Part shown: one piece after another, positions 41,569 through 55,070 of the stretch
Layout: every line of letters starts with the position of its first letter
Position numbering within the stretch: the stretch's first letter is position 1
Source: Callorhinchus milii
Taxonomy: Eukaryota
Length of the DNA: 64,000 nt
Assembly (NCBI RefSeq): GCF_018977255.1
Contig: NW_024704742.1
Span: 50,408,001-50,472,000 of the forward strand
Direction of reading: 5' to 3'
Position numbers and translations under genes: made by a program
The notes under the pieces: model-generated
Told to the model about the DNA's origin: nothing
Databases searched by the model: none
The model's input: only the letters and a program-made list of their open reading frames with translations

Positions 41569-41743
41569 ATAAGAACATAAGAACATAAGAATTAGGAGCA
41601 GGAGTAGGCCATTCGGCCCCTCGAGCCTGCCCCGCTATTTGATAAGATCATGGCTGATCTTCAGAACTAACACTAATTACCTGCTCGATCCCCATATCCC
41701 CTAATCCCTCTATTTTTTAAAAATCTATCAGTCTCAGCCTTAA
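41569..41743 (-). mobile_element. CR1-clade (HER1/HE1-like) 3' tail
   Basis: (TTCTTATG)n terminus preceded by gaatggcctactcctgctcct. Confidence 0.8.
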
Positions 41744-41995
41744 TGTCAGTATGTAAGAGCAGGCTGATTTCTCCGCCTCCTTATCCAAACATATTGAGGT
41801 TTAATCTAACAGTCTTCCTAATGTTTATTTGCTGTTGTGAAATGCCATGGAATAAATATTAATCAATTGTATAGAAGTAATAATTTTTATTCTAGATTTA
41901 GGGTTCAATTTCTGTTTAATGCATTCAGGATGAAAGGAAAAGTCCACCCTATAATTGTTTTCATTTCAATATCATTAACCTGCAACCTAAACGTG

Positions 41996-42532
41996 TGTCA
42001 GCCTGGCTTTGTTGGGAGCACCTCCGCTTCAAAGTCAGAAGATTGTGGGTTACAGCCCTATGTCCAGACATAGAACTATCAGCCTAAAAACAGATTGCAA
42101 TACAGTCCAGGGGAGGTGCTGTTTTGTTCGAGGTGCTGTCCTTCGGAAGAGATGTTAAATAGCAGTCTGCTTGCCTGTTCAGTTGGATGTTAAAGACCCC
42201 ATAACCGTGTTTTGTAGGTGCACCAGTTTGCGCACAGCAATGTCAGCCATGGAGTGGGGTGGGGGGCAACCAATTTTATTTGCTGGATTTGTCCTCCAGG
42301 ACACGGGGAGAAACCTTTCGAATAATGCCATGGGATCTTTAACCTTCACCTGAACAGGCAGACGAGACCTCGGGTTAAAGTATCATCTGAATGACGGCAC
42401 CTCCGACAATGCAGCCTAACCCCAGCACTGCAGTGACAATTTTGACTTTATGATTCCAAGTCCTGAGGTGGGACTTGAACTCATAACCTTCTGACACAGA
42501 GGTGAGAGTGCTTCCACTGTGCCAGGCTGACA
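41996..42532. mobile_element. Two Deu-type SINE copies in inverted orientation (41996-42202 +, 42215-42532 -)
   Basis: The region begins tgtcagcctggc and ends gccaggctgaca; the arms are homologous. Confidence 0.82.
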
Positions 42533-42682
42533 GCATTTATACCCACTGTAATAAAAACAAGCAGTGATGCCTTAGCTATGCGCTTGTGTAAAATTACTGA
42601 GTAGATAAATAATTGACTGACAAAATATTTGAATGTCAATATAAAAGTAACCAGATATCATTTATGTTGTTGTTCTCCATAG

Positions 42683-42928
<246 letters not shown>

Positions 42929-43550
42929 TAGAATGAAAAGGTTACTGGCTTGAATGTCAGCGTGGGGCTAAAGGTTTCCGTGCAATCTGCCCACTGCCAT
43001 AACATGACGCTTCTGTTCTTTAACTTTCTTTTCCCCTGGAGACTGTTGCGCTCAGCAGGGAATATAATGTTAATGCAGTAACATGAAACAGTTTCCCCTT
43101 TTGAGCATCCAAAGTCAGTATCCAGCATTCTTGTGCCTAAAATAATACAACGACGGATGAAAAATTAAGCCTACTCTGCTCCATCCATAGCTCAGTTGAG
43201 CATCCTGTTGTGGCTCAGTGAGTTAGTGAATTTAGCATCAAATTAAGAGTACTTTTGTGCTTTGAACCCATGCCCACTTGGGAGATGGACTGTAACTCTT
43301 CACACTCATTTCATGTAGGAATCTTACAACCACCAGATTTAGGAGACTTTCATTCCATTAATCGGGGATGAAATAAAAATATTAGGTTACCAATTCACCA
43401 GGCCTCCCAGTTTCTGATTCTAATGTTTTAAAAACAAATTCTCTTTATTTTTTCTCCACCCCTCAATATTTGCCTTCTCACCCTTTTCTTTATCCAGGTA
43501 TGACCTTGCCATACTCTGGCTAACAACTGTTTCCATTCCTACACCAATCT

Positions 43551-43862
43551 AATAATAATAATCCTTGCATTCGATATAACGCCTTATCACATTGAGACAT
43601 CTCAAAGTGCTTCACAGGATATAAAAGTGCTTCACAGGATGTAAAGTGGATTGACAGTATTTTGTGGGCGAAGAATGGCAGCCAGTTGTGCACAGCAGTG
43701 TCCCAGGGAGTGAGTGACCATTTTTTTTTATCTTGGGAGATTGTTGGCCAGGACACCAGGAGAAACTCCCTTCTCTTTTTGAATCTTTAACATAACATCC
43801 ACCCGAACAGGTAGATGGGGCCTCAGTTTAACATCTCATCCAAAGGACAACCCCTACACAAC
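43551..43862 (-). mobile_element. Deu-type SINE 3' part
   Basis: (TTA)n tail, stem-loop and Deu core gatgagatgttaaactgaggcccc. Confidence 0.82.
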
Positions 43863-45540
43863 GCAACGTGCAGCGATCCTATAAGGAGGCACAATAAATA
43901 TGCCAGTGGCTTGGGAGGATTCACTCCTTCCATCCTGTGCAAAACCATTTGCACTCCACAGAAGGCACAGCAGAGGGTGAGAACACATTGTGTGGAGATA
44001 TTAAGGAACAGAAATGGCACTCAGTGGGAAACTTTATTGGATATCCATTGCAGAGTGGTACTTCCAATTTCAATTCCAAATGGAATTTTGTGTTTATTTA
44101 ACTTAATTTGCTTTGGCGTTCTCTATTTTCTGCCTTTACTTGAAAAGTCGCACCTGTTTAAAAAATTGAATGATAGCAAGCAGGAATACAGGACGGAACA
44201 GGTATTTGTACAGGAGGTCAGTAAACATGGGATTTTTTTTAATATAACGGGGCAATGAACACAGGATAATTGAATATTTCCATAAGATGACAGATAATAC
44301 AAGATAATGAGATGTTTTGTATAAGAGAACAATAAATGAAAATGTGCGCTTTTGTTGACTGTCAAGCTTCCATTGTCTTCAGTGAGAAATTGGTAATGAA
44401 TACTGTATTATATTATTGTGATGAAATGTAATTAATCCTTTTCTGTGATTCTAAAGTGACATCCCCTTTAAAAGCAGGTGAACATAATGAGAAAGAAAAC
44501 TGCAGTTGAGCAGTGGTAACTAGCTTATGTATACGGTACATTCAAGAAACATAACGTTACCACATCCATTAAATCCTCGATTCTCTGATACTAATACTTT
44601 CAAATTATCTTTCCCAAATAACTGAAAAGAGACTTGACAGAGTTTCATCCAATGCTGTGGGCGTGTTCCGCATTAAACTTTCTATGCAGGGCTCAGTTCA
44701 GCCTGAAGTTCAGGCATGTTGTGCAGCATGTCTGTGTGTGGTCGGGTGGTGTAACAATGAACCAGTTCAGTTCTTTGAATCCGCCATGGATTTGTTACAG
44801 GAAATGTTATCAAGTTCACAGAGGACATCTAATCTGTCAGAAGGAGAGATGTGTTCATCTTGTGGAAATTTATGTGCAATAAAAGGGTAGCCACAGAGCA
44901 CAGTACCACAGGAATGAACTTGATATACTGCGGCAAAGAGAGGTGAGTTTAATGGCCCATTAATGAATTCCCACCTCTCTCATTATCATGAGGCTTTTGG
45001 GTGCCACAAAGGAATATAAATTATTAGATGCATAATCTGTACTAATATTCTACAACCTTAAAGACTCCAGAGGGAAAGTGAAACCATAACAACAATCTGT
45101 CAGGAAAGTGTTAAGGATAGAAAGCAAAGGTGACCGATTATAGAATAGAAACAGATAGAGAAGTGTAGAAATGTAGATTTTTATCAAAAACTTTAAGGGA
45201 TTCAGAGGCCCCCGCTAATCTCGCCTCATGACTTTTTATGCTTCCCTTATAATTAACAAAGAGAATATGTTTCAATTCATTCCTCTTGTACTGACAGTTA
45301 GATTGCTTAGTCATGTCATTTATGGTGAATGTGTTTATGCTTCTTTCTTCTAAATTTTTAATACACATGCAACATATTTCTGCTGTGCGCAATTGGCTGC
45401 CATGATTCGCCCACAAATATACAGTCAATTCACTTTACAGTATATTCTGTGAAGCACTTTGAGATGTCTTGAAGAAGTGAAAAGCGCTATATCAAATGCA
45501 AGGATTATTATCTTATTATATTTGAATAACATAGAATAAA

Positions 45541-45724
45541 TGGGGTAAATTTTGCAGTATTTCTTACTGGATTTCTTAATTTTTTTTTGTTGGGACTCCT
45601 AGTAAGTGGAGCTATATCACACGTGTCAATCCAACTTCAAGAAATACCAGTCTGAAATTTAGTTGGAGTGACATTGCCAGGAGTCATCATCATGGATGTG
45701 TTAAGTACCTCAAAATTAACCCCA
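45541..45724. mobile_element. Possible MITE remnant
   Basis: Terminal inverted repeat tggggtaaattttg / caaaattaacccca, 13 of 14 matching. Confidence 0.5.
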
Positions 45725-47188
45725 CAGATTAAGATATAAGAAGGTTTATGAGACGATCGCGGGACATATTAAACAGGGTCACTCAAACCTACAATAAGTA
45801 GGTAACAAAAAAGTGTAAGAACCTGACTAAAGAGGATCATCAGTCCTGGCCCCGGGCTGAGAAGAAAGAAAGGTAAACACATTCACCAGAAATGACATGA
45901 TTAAGCAATCTAAATGTCAGTACAAGAGGAACAAACACATTTTCTCTGTTAATTATAAGGGAGGCACAGTAAGTCATGGGGATGGATTGGCAGGGGATTC
46001 TGAATCCCTGATAGTTTTTGTGAAAAATCATCAAAAATGAACTTGAAAATCAATGCCATAGTTTTTAGTATTATCAGCACTAAAGGTGCAGACGTGCAAA
46101 ACGTAAAATGCAGCCAATTTAAAGTACAAATCCATGCTTAAACCATAGATACAGGTTTGCACAGAGTGAAATCTTATTACACTCTTGTTATATTTCTGAC
46201 AGCACACAAGCACCAAATCTTAGATGGTTAATTAATGATATTATATTATATTATTATATTATACAGCAGTCCTCAGTGAAGGCGATGCATCAAATTCAAG
46301 TTAACCTTTTTACTAACTATAGTGCACTGATGGCTGATGTGTCTCTTATTTACTTTTGATATGAATAAATTAGTAGAATAAACAAAGCCTTGGATACTTG
46401 GATTATGAAACTCGTACAGAAAAATGTCATCAGCATTAATGCTTTGATGTGCGCTTGGGATGCCCTCCCGACGTGAAAGCCTCTACACAAATGTAATATT
46501 GTTGTTGTTGTTATACGGGTTCTCCTTACTCCATGCTCACAGAATAAACTGTGTCTCTTAATCTGCATCATGTTGTGTTCTGTGATGGCACTTCATTTAA
46601 AACACCCCTGGACCAGGCAATAATTACGACAGGCCTTGGAATGTATTTCTCACCAGGTGTTAATCCAATGATAAGTAGCACATCACACTGTACAATTTTC
46701 AATGGATATAAATGTTTTATAAAAAAAGGTTAAAGTAAAAATGGCTCTATTGTGATGCAAGGACAGATTTTAAGTGATTATCAGATACTTTATCATTAAT
46801 CCCAAACATTACACATTTCTAACTGGGTTAATTTTAAAGATTGACCAAGAGTATTCAAAAAGCATAAAAAATGTGTTAAGCTTGCAAATGCTTATCAGAA
46901 TTCATAAGATTTGTAACACTGATACATAAGTAGCAAGTATTACAACCTGTGTTAAATATCTATTGTATATTGACGATTGCACTGGGGTCTAATTTGTTCA
47001 TTGGGCTAACAGCCTCAATGAAAATTTGCGCAAATGCAAAAAGAGAATTAGAGTTGTCTTTAATGATAAAAATAATAACCAATGACAGGAATTACAGGTG
47101 GTTATATAATTAAGGGAACCTGTACACTTAGCAAATGATGAACCCAACTCGTGAAGTGTATGACCTAAAGAAAGGCACTGCCAGGCTA

Positions 47189-48049
47189 AACAACAAACAA
47201 CAAAATTACATTTGTAAAGCGTCTTTCACATCGGGAGGACGTTCCAAGGCATTGAATAGTCAGGGATCAGGACCCAAGCATGGCGAGGCCAGGGTTGGGA
47301 TGAGAGAGCGCAGAGAGGTAGGAGGGCGACTAAAGGCATGATCAAAAAGGAGGGCCTTGAGTCGTGTCTTGAAGCAGGTTGATAGGGGGCTAGCAAGTCA
47401 GAGAGATAGGAGGGGGCAAGGCCATGGAGGACCTTGAAGGTGAGGACGAGGATTTTGAAATCTATCCTCTGGGGGATGGGGAGCCAGTGGAGCCAGGCGA
47501 GGGTGGGAGTCATGGGAATCACGGGGCCTGGTGAGGGAGAGAACACAAGCTGCAGAGTTCTGGATGATCTGCAGCTTGTGGAGGGAAGAGTTGGGGAGAC
47601 CGACAAGGAGGGAGTTTCCATAGTCAAGCCTTGAGGTGACGAATGCATGTATGAGCTTTTGGCGGCCTGATAGGTGAGAGAGTGGCGGAGTCGGGCAATG
47701 TTGCGGAGGTGGGGGAAGGCAGAGCGGGCCATGGCACGGATAGGGGGAGAAAGGACAGTTGAGGGTCGAACAAGATGCTTAGGTTCCTGACTGGCCTGGT
47801 GAGGTGGAGTGTGTAACCATGCATGCTGCTGCTGCCAATGCCTGAGGTGCAGAGGTCCTGGCGCGAGTCAATCAGGAGGGCCTCAGTCTTGCTGAGATTC
47901 AGCTGTAGAAAGTTGGCTCTCATCCAGGACTTCATGTCTGGCAGACAATCTGTTAGGACGTCAGTTGTCCTAGAATCAAGAGTGGAGACAGAGAGATAGA
48001 GTTGGGTGTCATCCGCGTACATGTGGAAGGTGACCCCATGTCTGCAGAT
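47189..48049 (-). mobile_element. L2 3' fragment
   Basis: HMYADDTQLY, WLHWLPIPQRIDFKIL and the tail. Confidence 0.92.
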
Positions 48050-48326
48050 AAAGGCTTTCAATGTGTACCCCTTTAGTAGAAGATAAACAGTTGGGTAAAT
48101 TTGTGCTTTGCTTTCAGAATTAGCTTTGTATGGTTTCAAGTCTGACTCAAGTTAAAGTGCGAATATCTGTTACCCGTGCATGGTGACTTAGTGACGGAGT
48201 TCCAGTTGGGGGCAACAACATAGTGGCTGAAGGCTCAACTGCTGATGGTGGAGAAGAGGGGACAAGGAACATAGTGTAGAATGAAGTTATCAGGCGGAAA
48301 AGGGAGACAGGTGACCGAGGCTGCAG

Positions 48327-48419
48327 AACAACAACAACAACAACAACAACAAGATTCCATTTATAAAGCGCCTTTCACGTCAGGAGGACGTCCCAAGGCG
48401 CTGCACAGTTGGGTCATGA
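48327..48419 (-). mobile_element. Minimal L2 tail insertion (93 bp) inside an older L2 remnant
   Basis: Almost identical to 6461-6550 and to the end of 20694-21000. Confidence 0.88.
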
Positions 48420-50383
48420 AAGTCACAGAAGTAGGGATGCATAAGGATGTGTAGAGATTTGTAGGTGAAAGTGAGGATATTGAAGTCAATCTTTGGAGCC
48501 TGGCAAGAATGGAGTTGATGCACAAACCTTGAGCGGAGAAAGCTATTAGCAGCCAAATTTTGTGGTTGGAGTTTGTGATTAGATAGTGTATAATAGTAAT
48601 AGTGGGTAATTGCAGAAGTCAATTCTCAAGGTAATAATAGTAATCCTTGCATTTGGTATTGTTCCTTATCATGTCGAAAGGATTTCTCAAAGTGCTCCAC
48701 TGGATTTACGGTGAAATGATTGATTGTGTATTTGTAGGCATTCGTAAGCAAAAGCGCAGCTAATTGCACACAGCAATATCCCACATACAGCCATGAAATA
48801 AATGTCCAATTTTATTTGGGGGTTTGTTGGCCTGGACACCGGGAGAAACTTGCTTCTCTTTTCGAATAGTGCCATGAGATCTTTAACCTTCACCTGAACA
48901 GGCATGCGGGACTTCAGTTTAACATCGCATCTGAAGGAAGAGCTTTGGATAAAGGCATGGATAAGCATTTTGACCACATTGGGCAAAAGGTAGGACAGAA
49001 GTAAAGAAAAGTGGTCTTTATCAGAGACCTGCTGTAAGAAGGAGAGTTGAGGATCGAACTAAACACTGAGGCTATGTTTCTTTCGAAGTGTTTCACAGGA
49101 TTTACTGTAGAGCGTAATGAATGTATTTTGTAGGCGAACACATCAGCCAATTTTCGCAATACAATTCTTCACTAGGAGACTGTTTGCCAAGACACCAGGT
49201 GAAATTCCGTTCTCTTGTCAAATAGTGTCATGGGAGTTTTATCCATCTAGACAGGCAGACAAGACCTCAGTTTAACATGTCAACCAAGGAAGGCACCTCT
49301 AACCAAACAGCATTGGTTTGCATAGCTAGCCTAGACTGTAAGTTCAAAGTTCCAACATGGGGCTGGAACTCACAACTTTCTTATTCAGAGACAGGAGTAC
49401 TACAACTGAGCCAGGCTGACATCTAAGGTTGAGGTAAGGTTGAGGTAAGGTTGCCCAGAGGAAAGGAGACATTGGCAGGATAGCCAAAAAGAATGGCTCC
49501 TGTTTTGTTGACATTAAGTTGATCCAGATTTGATATTGACAGGCAGGTGGTCAGAACATCAATGGATGTGGATTCAAGGGTGGAAGAACAGATATGGATT
49601 TGTATGTCATCAGTATACATGTGGATATTTCTGCAAATGATGTGGGTCAAGAGTCAAATGCTAATGACTAACTGAATGATATTTCATTACTGCAGCTATG
49701 CCAGGTATTTAAATTCCTTTTCTGTGCTCATATCTCTGTGTATTGCACATAAGCAGTGTGGATGTGTACAAAGACTTAGAGACAATCAATATGTTGGAGA
49801 TACCATTTTAAACAGCATGCAGGAGCTCCAGTTAAACAACTAATTAATTTTATTGCCCACGGATAGAAATAAATCAGAAAGAATGTGTAAGTGATTCATT
49901 TGCTGCACATTATTATTCTCCTGGATAGTCAAGTAGTGCTACGTTCAGTTCTTAATAATGCAGCCGTTTGTTCTTCCACTCTCTGGCAGCTACCTGTCAT
50001 GGTGATAAGTATCACTGATATCTTGTCAAAGGTATAGCTGGTCCAGTTATTTTCCTGTCTCTGTTCAACATTCACATTTAATCAAAGGAACCTTTGCTTC
50101 ACATCATTTGTTCATTGTCCTCTTTATACCCATCATTTGTCAGTTTCCCTATCAAAAATAGAAATCACTGTTTTTAATATTTATGTTTTTATAAAAGGAT
50201 TTCTCTACAGCTATCTATAAACAACTACAGTGAACTGTTCACTGTATCCATGGGGTAAGTTTAGTGAGTTCTCAGGCAACCCAGCCACTAGATGGAAGTG
50301 ATTTATATGGTGGGATATATTCTCTTGTTCCTTCTCCACATCAATTACATTTTTTATTTCTACAACCCGACTCATACTGTTGA

Positions 50384-51049
50384 CAGGGGCGGATCAAGAA
50401 GTTCATGGGGCGAGGGGACCCGTGAAATGTTAAAAGTATTTTTAACAAAAAAGGTTTTTCTTTTTAAAAAATTATGAAATGTTAAACTTGTTGAAAACCA
50501 AGAGTGAAATGTTAAAATAACAACTATATTTCCAGTTCTAAAAACTTAAAAAGAATGTATAAACATATACACAAAGTGTTTACTGAATGTATTCAAAACA
50601 GATTCACAATGAAGAAAATAGTCTGCATGGGTTTTTTCTGATAAATGTATCTACAACTTGATCAACATCTATATTCATGGATGCTTCACATATATTTGAA
50701 TTTCCTGCTGTCTGTAAAGACACTGGTATCCCTATGTCAACATCATTATAGACAGTGGAAAATTCTAAATAATAAATTTCAAAAAAACTCTGTATCTCTA
50801 TCGACCAGAGCCTCTGTCTGTCTGTGTCATTTGCCGAGATGGACAGACAGAAGCTCCCATGGATAAAGAGAGGCCATTAAAAAAAATACCTTTACCTTAC
50901 CTTTACCATTGGCCTCAAATTGAGGACAACGGTAAATGTAGGCATTGGAACTTTATCTCTGTGAAAAATGACTTAATGTTAAAGTGAATGCTTTGGTCTT
51001 GGAGGGCCAAGCCTCCTTTTGCCCCCCCCACCACCCCGATCTGACCGTG
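50384..51049 (-). mobile_element. Internally deleted hAT (Tip100-like) DNA transposon
   Basis: Ends caggggcggatc and gatctgaccgtg form a degenerate TIR. Minus-strand 50678-50604 reads MNIDVDQVVDTFIRKNPCRLFSSL*, resembling hAT transposase C-termini. No clear 8-bp TSD. Confidence 0.62.
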
Positions 51050-51124
51050 GATGATTCCACTCTCTGCATAGTTTCCTTCAGATAACTCAACTATAAGGGT
51101 TAATTTAATTTACATTTGTGACCC

Positions 51125-51990
51125 TGTGGGGAAGTAAGGACTAACACAAACGTTGTACAATTAATCAAGGTTTATTAATTCAGATTAATAATGCTTATAA
51201 GTAATTAAACTTATAATTTAGTAATTTAAGGCAGGGCGAAACCTTGGGCAAGTTTCCTTACTCCACACGCCTAATAATAATCCCTCCAAAAAAACAAAAC
51301 AATAATAAATTGGTCATTTTCAATCCACGACTGTTTGTGGGACATTGCTGTGTGCAATTGGCTGCCGGATTCGCCCACAAATATACAGTCAATTCACTTT
51401 ACAGTAAAGCGCTTTGGGACGTCCTCCCGACGTGAAAAGCGCGATATCAAATGCAAGGATTATTATTATTATTATTAAAAGAATACATCCAATTATGCTT
51501 ACGTATCCACGTATACTGTAGTTCACAACAATTTAAACTGACCAAACCAAACGCTGCGGGAGAGATAGAGGAGCAATATCCAATTTAATCCAAATATATT
51601 TCCATGAAAAGGTAACCAAGTATTGTTGTACGGTTTCCAGTTCAATATTACCCAAAAGTATCCAAGTATTATTGTACATTTAGTATTGTTTAAATGGTAA
51701 TCTTCATCTTCATTCTTTAGAAGCTAGAATATGGTTCGTGACTCCAAGTTCCAATTTCTTCCTTCTCTCTTTCGAATCGATCTCCATTTATCCTGTTGAT
51801 TAGTTGACCTTTCACCTTTTGTCTTTTGCAAGATGGTTCCTTTATAAAAATAAATACAACATAGCTCTTTCCAGCTGCAGACCATGTTTCCATGAGAAAA
51901 TGACTGATAAGGAATGAAAACAGTTTGTTTTTCATAAATAGTCTTTTGTTTCTCCTCCTTGAACAAGGATCTTCTTCGAAGCTAGTCACA
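51125..51990 (-). mobile_element. Probable solo LTR with a nested SINE (51230-51477)
   Basis: TG...CA ends (tgtg/caca) with a perfect ACCC TSD at 51121-51124 and 51991-51994. Minus-strand TATAAA at 51841-51846 and AATAAA at 51171-51176. Confidence 0.65.
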
Positions 51991-52154
51991 ACCCCTCATA
52001 TGAGATTGATCATGTTTCAAATATATATATATAAAAACATCGCAAATATAATTCGAAATATTATTTAACACATTATTTACAGAAATTTTACACAACTCAA
52101 TGTACACAAACTTCACTCCTCTTTCACTGCAGTGGGAATGTAATGACATGTTGA

Positions 52155-52346
52155 CCCTCCCTTGCCTACTTCAAGACCCATCTCAAGACCCTCCTCTTTA
52201 ACCATGCCTTCGATCACTCTGCTTCCCCCCCTGCCCTCCACACTCCCCGATCCCGACCCCCAGCTCGGGTCCGAAAATCTGTCTGTCCAGAACCTTGGGA
52301 CATCTTCCCGACGTGAAAGGCGCTTTACAAATGTAATTTTGTTGTT
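52155..52346 (+). mobile_element. L2 3' tail fragment
   Basis: ttcaagacccatctcaagaccctcctc followed by the stem-loop and TTG tail. Confidence 0.85.
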
Positions 52347-52649
52347 CTTTGTGCCCTTTATTGGGCAGAAGGGTCAAATCTTTCCTTTTTTTAAAAACAA
52401 AGTGTCGGTTGCAATACTTGAGAACAAGAAATGTGTATTGAACATGTGCTGAAACATTTAATTTCTCCATCTATTCCTAAACACTGGAGTACACTGCAGT
52501 GACCACACCTGCTTCCCCCCGCCCCCAGCCCTCCCCCCCCAAAGACAATATCAGCAAAGTTGGGTCCAAAGACCAGTTCCAAGATTTATGTGCCTCATCC
52601 CCAGTTTCTTTGCATTCCTTGAAATGTCAGTATCGGAATGCCAGACAGA

Positions 52650-52843
52650 GGGGCAGAAATTCCACCTCACTTTAGACTTCGACTTTTTTCTTAGCATTTT
52701 GGAATGTGCAAATTTTGAACATTTCTTAAATTTATGAGAAGAACTACCTTCAAAATTAAAACCGATTTTAAGAATGTCAAGATTTGTGCATTCAGAAATT
52801 GAAGAAAAACATCTAAGTACAAACCCAAGTGGAATTGTTCCCC
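52650..52843. repeat. Imperfect palindrome or fold-back MITE
   Basis: Outer ggggcagaaattccac / gtggaattgttcccc, plus complementary inner arms of about 45 bp. Confidence 0.62.
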
Positions 52844-54604
52844 AAACTAGTCAGGTGCAAGTAAAATTGCTCATTCACTTCAGGGTGGACTATTGCTGTG
52901 TGCAAAGTGCAAAATGAATTGGCCTGTTTGAATAATCTTGGCTAAGATAATATTAAGCCACATGCATTATCAAAGTTTATAAACTACTTGAGATATTCTG
53001 ATACACATCAACTACTAAAACCTAAATCAAAAGCAATAATGAGAGTTTTCATGTGATGTTGCGTGTTACTATCATACTGAAATGGGGATGATGACAAACC
53101 AATATAGATTTCAACATCACTATTATTATCATCATTTAAAATAAAATCCATGGAAGTGAAAATTGTGATGTTATAATATGTTAATAGCATTATAGATGTT
53201 AATTAACACATCACCATATTACAATGTTCACTTCCATTTTGGAGAAGGAACCTGATTTGTGTTACTTTTCTTAACAGGTTTCCAATAGAATTTCACTCAG
53301 TCCATTCAAAAAGATTGTGCAAAGGTACTCATAGGCTGGTGTGACTACTTAGTTACCAGAAGGAACCTCACTTGTGGGACTTGGATTCCTAAGTAAGGAA
53401 TTCTGCTAAGATTAAACCCGACGTTTCTAAATACCATAAGGTTTTGAATCATATTTTAATTAGTAACTCAATCATGCTAAAATTGTGCTCACAATTGTGG
53501 AATAAGCATTTTCTCTAAAATGAAACCAAATGACAATAAAATGATTAGACATTGGTCAAACTTGCAAATGTTCTTTCCTGAATCTCCAATGCCCTAAACT
53601 CAGCTCATCCTTGGGGAAATATTTCCTTTCTCAGCATTTAACAATATTTCATGCACATTTTTCTGTCCATTCCTTCCACTTACAGAGGGAGGGAGAGTGT
53701 GAGACCTCTTTTTTAAACTGTTTTATTTCCCCCGAGATTTGAAAGGGATGACTTTAATATATCCCAGATCCAAGTAGATGGCACAGGTAGCTTTATTTTG
53801 TTGAATTGGCTTTCCTTTCCAATATCTATTAAAGCTGCATTGCTTTCATGTATACTTCAGTCATAGGATTCCGTTTGAATTTACAATGTCAATTCAGACA
53901 GGCTGAGATGGCAGTGCAAATCACATACTGATGTGTGGTCTATATCTATCTCTGCACGTTCATTTCATTCAAATTTATGTACTGATTTGTTCAAGTGCTA
54001 TTCAAGCATTAATCTAAACGCAATTAAAACAAATTCAATTCCGTCTACATAAAAAGGCCATCAACATAAAAGAAAAGAACACGCCACGAGCAGTGAATTA
54101 CAGGGATTAGTCCCCTTATGGGATCTGACCTTTTGGGACTAATAACACAGTGGGGAATTCATTGCTCATAATTTAGGTCTCATAAATTATGGTCCATTAA
54201 CATTCATTAAATACCTCCTATAATTCACCAAGATCGAGCAATTTTATGTATATATTCGACCTGAAGTTAAAACTCTTTTACCAGTTCAAAACAAAAGAGT
54301 TTCAAATCCTCTCAATTCTTGCCCTTAGGTTACAAGACTTTTCTGTGACCATCACCATTCAGCCATGGTTCTTCATAAAAGCTTTATCACATAATAATTC
54401 TCTCATAAACACAGGGATAATTACACTCCAAATGGTATGTGTTTAGCAATACAGTATTATGACAAAGTACTACATTCTTACATTCGTCCTAAATTTCAAT
54501 AGCTCACACACACTGTTTCCAATTACGAATATTATTGCATACCAAAATGTTGGAATAACACATTAACATTGGTATCAGTTTTACATATTTTCTTCTCACT
54601 ATTT

Positions 54605-55070
54605 GTTGGTCAGTCGGGTGTCTGACATATGTGGAAACCCATCAACGTGTTTAAGAGTAGCCAACCAAAACTTGAGATTTCCATGCATTAACCTAGTTAT
54701 GGTAATTGCTGAGATATTTGTTGGGGTGGAATGTGCACTCCCTCTCTCTTTGGAGGGACACATCCTGCTTACCTAAATCCAGAAAATATTAGGCACAGAT
54801 TGGCAAGAGCCGAGGCTTGGGGACCCAGAGTGTGCTTTGGGGTACTGCTGGAGTCTACAGCTAAAACCGTATAGCTTATCATTGTCTGGCAAGTTTTCCC
54901 ACTGTTTATCCAGCTAGGATCATCATAAACTTCAGGACTTTGGTTTGCAGGGTTAATGAAAGCTGAATGGAAAGTGTCCTTGCCTTCAGTGACTGGTCTG
55001 CCCTTCCAAATCCTGACAATGAGCCAGCCTGGCTGCACTGTCATCAGCAGTGCCTTGGAGTCCTATGGAC
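54605..55070 (-). repeat. Family X copy
   Basis: Collinear with 1880-2790 once the L2 is removed. Confidence 0.82.
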
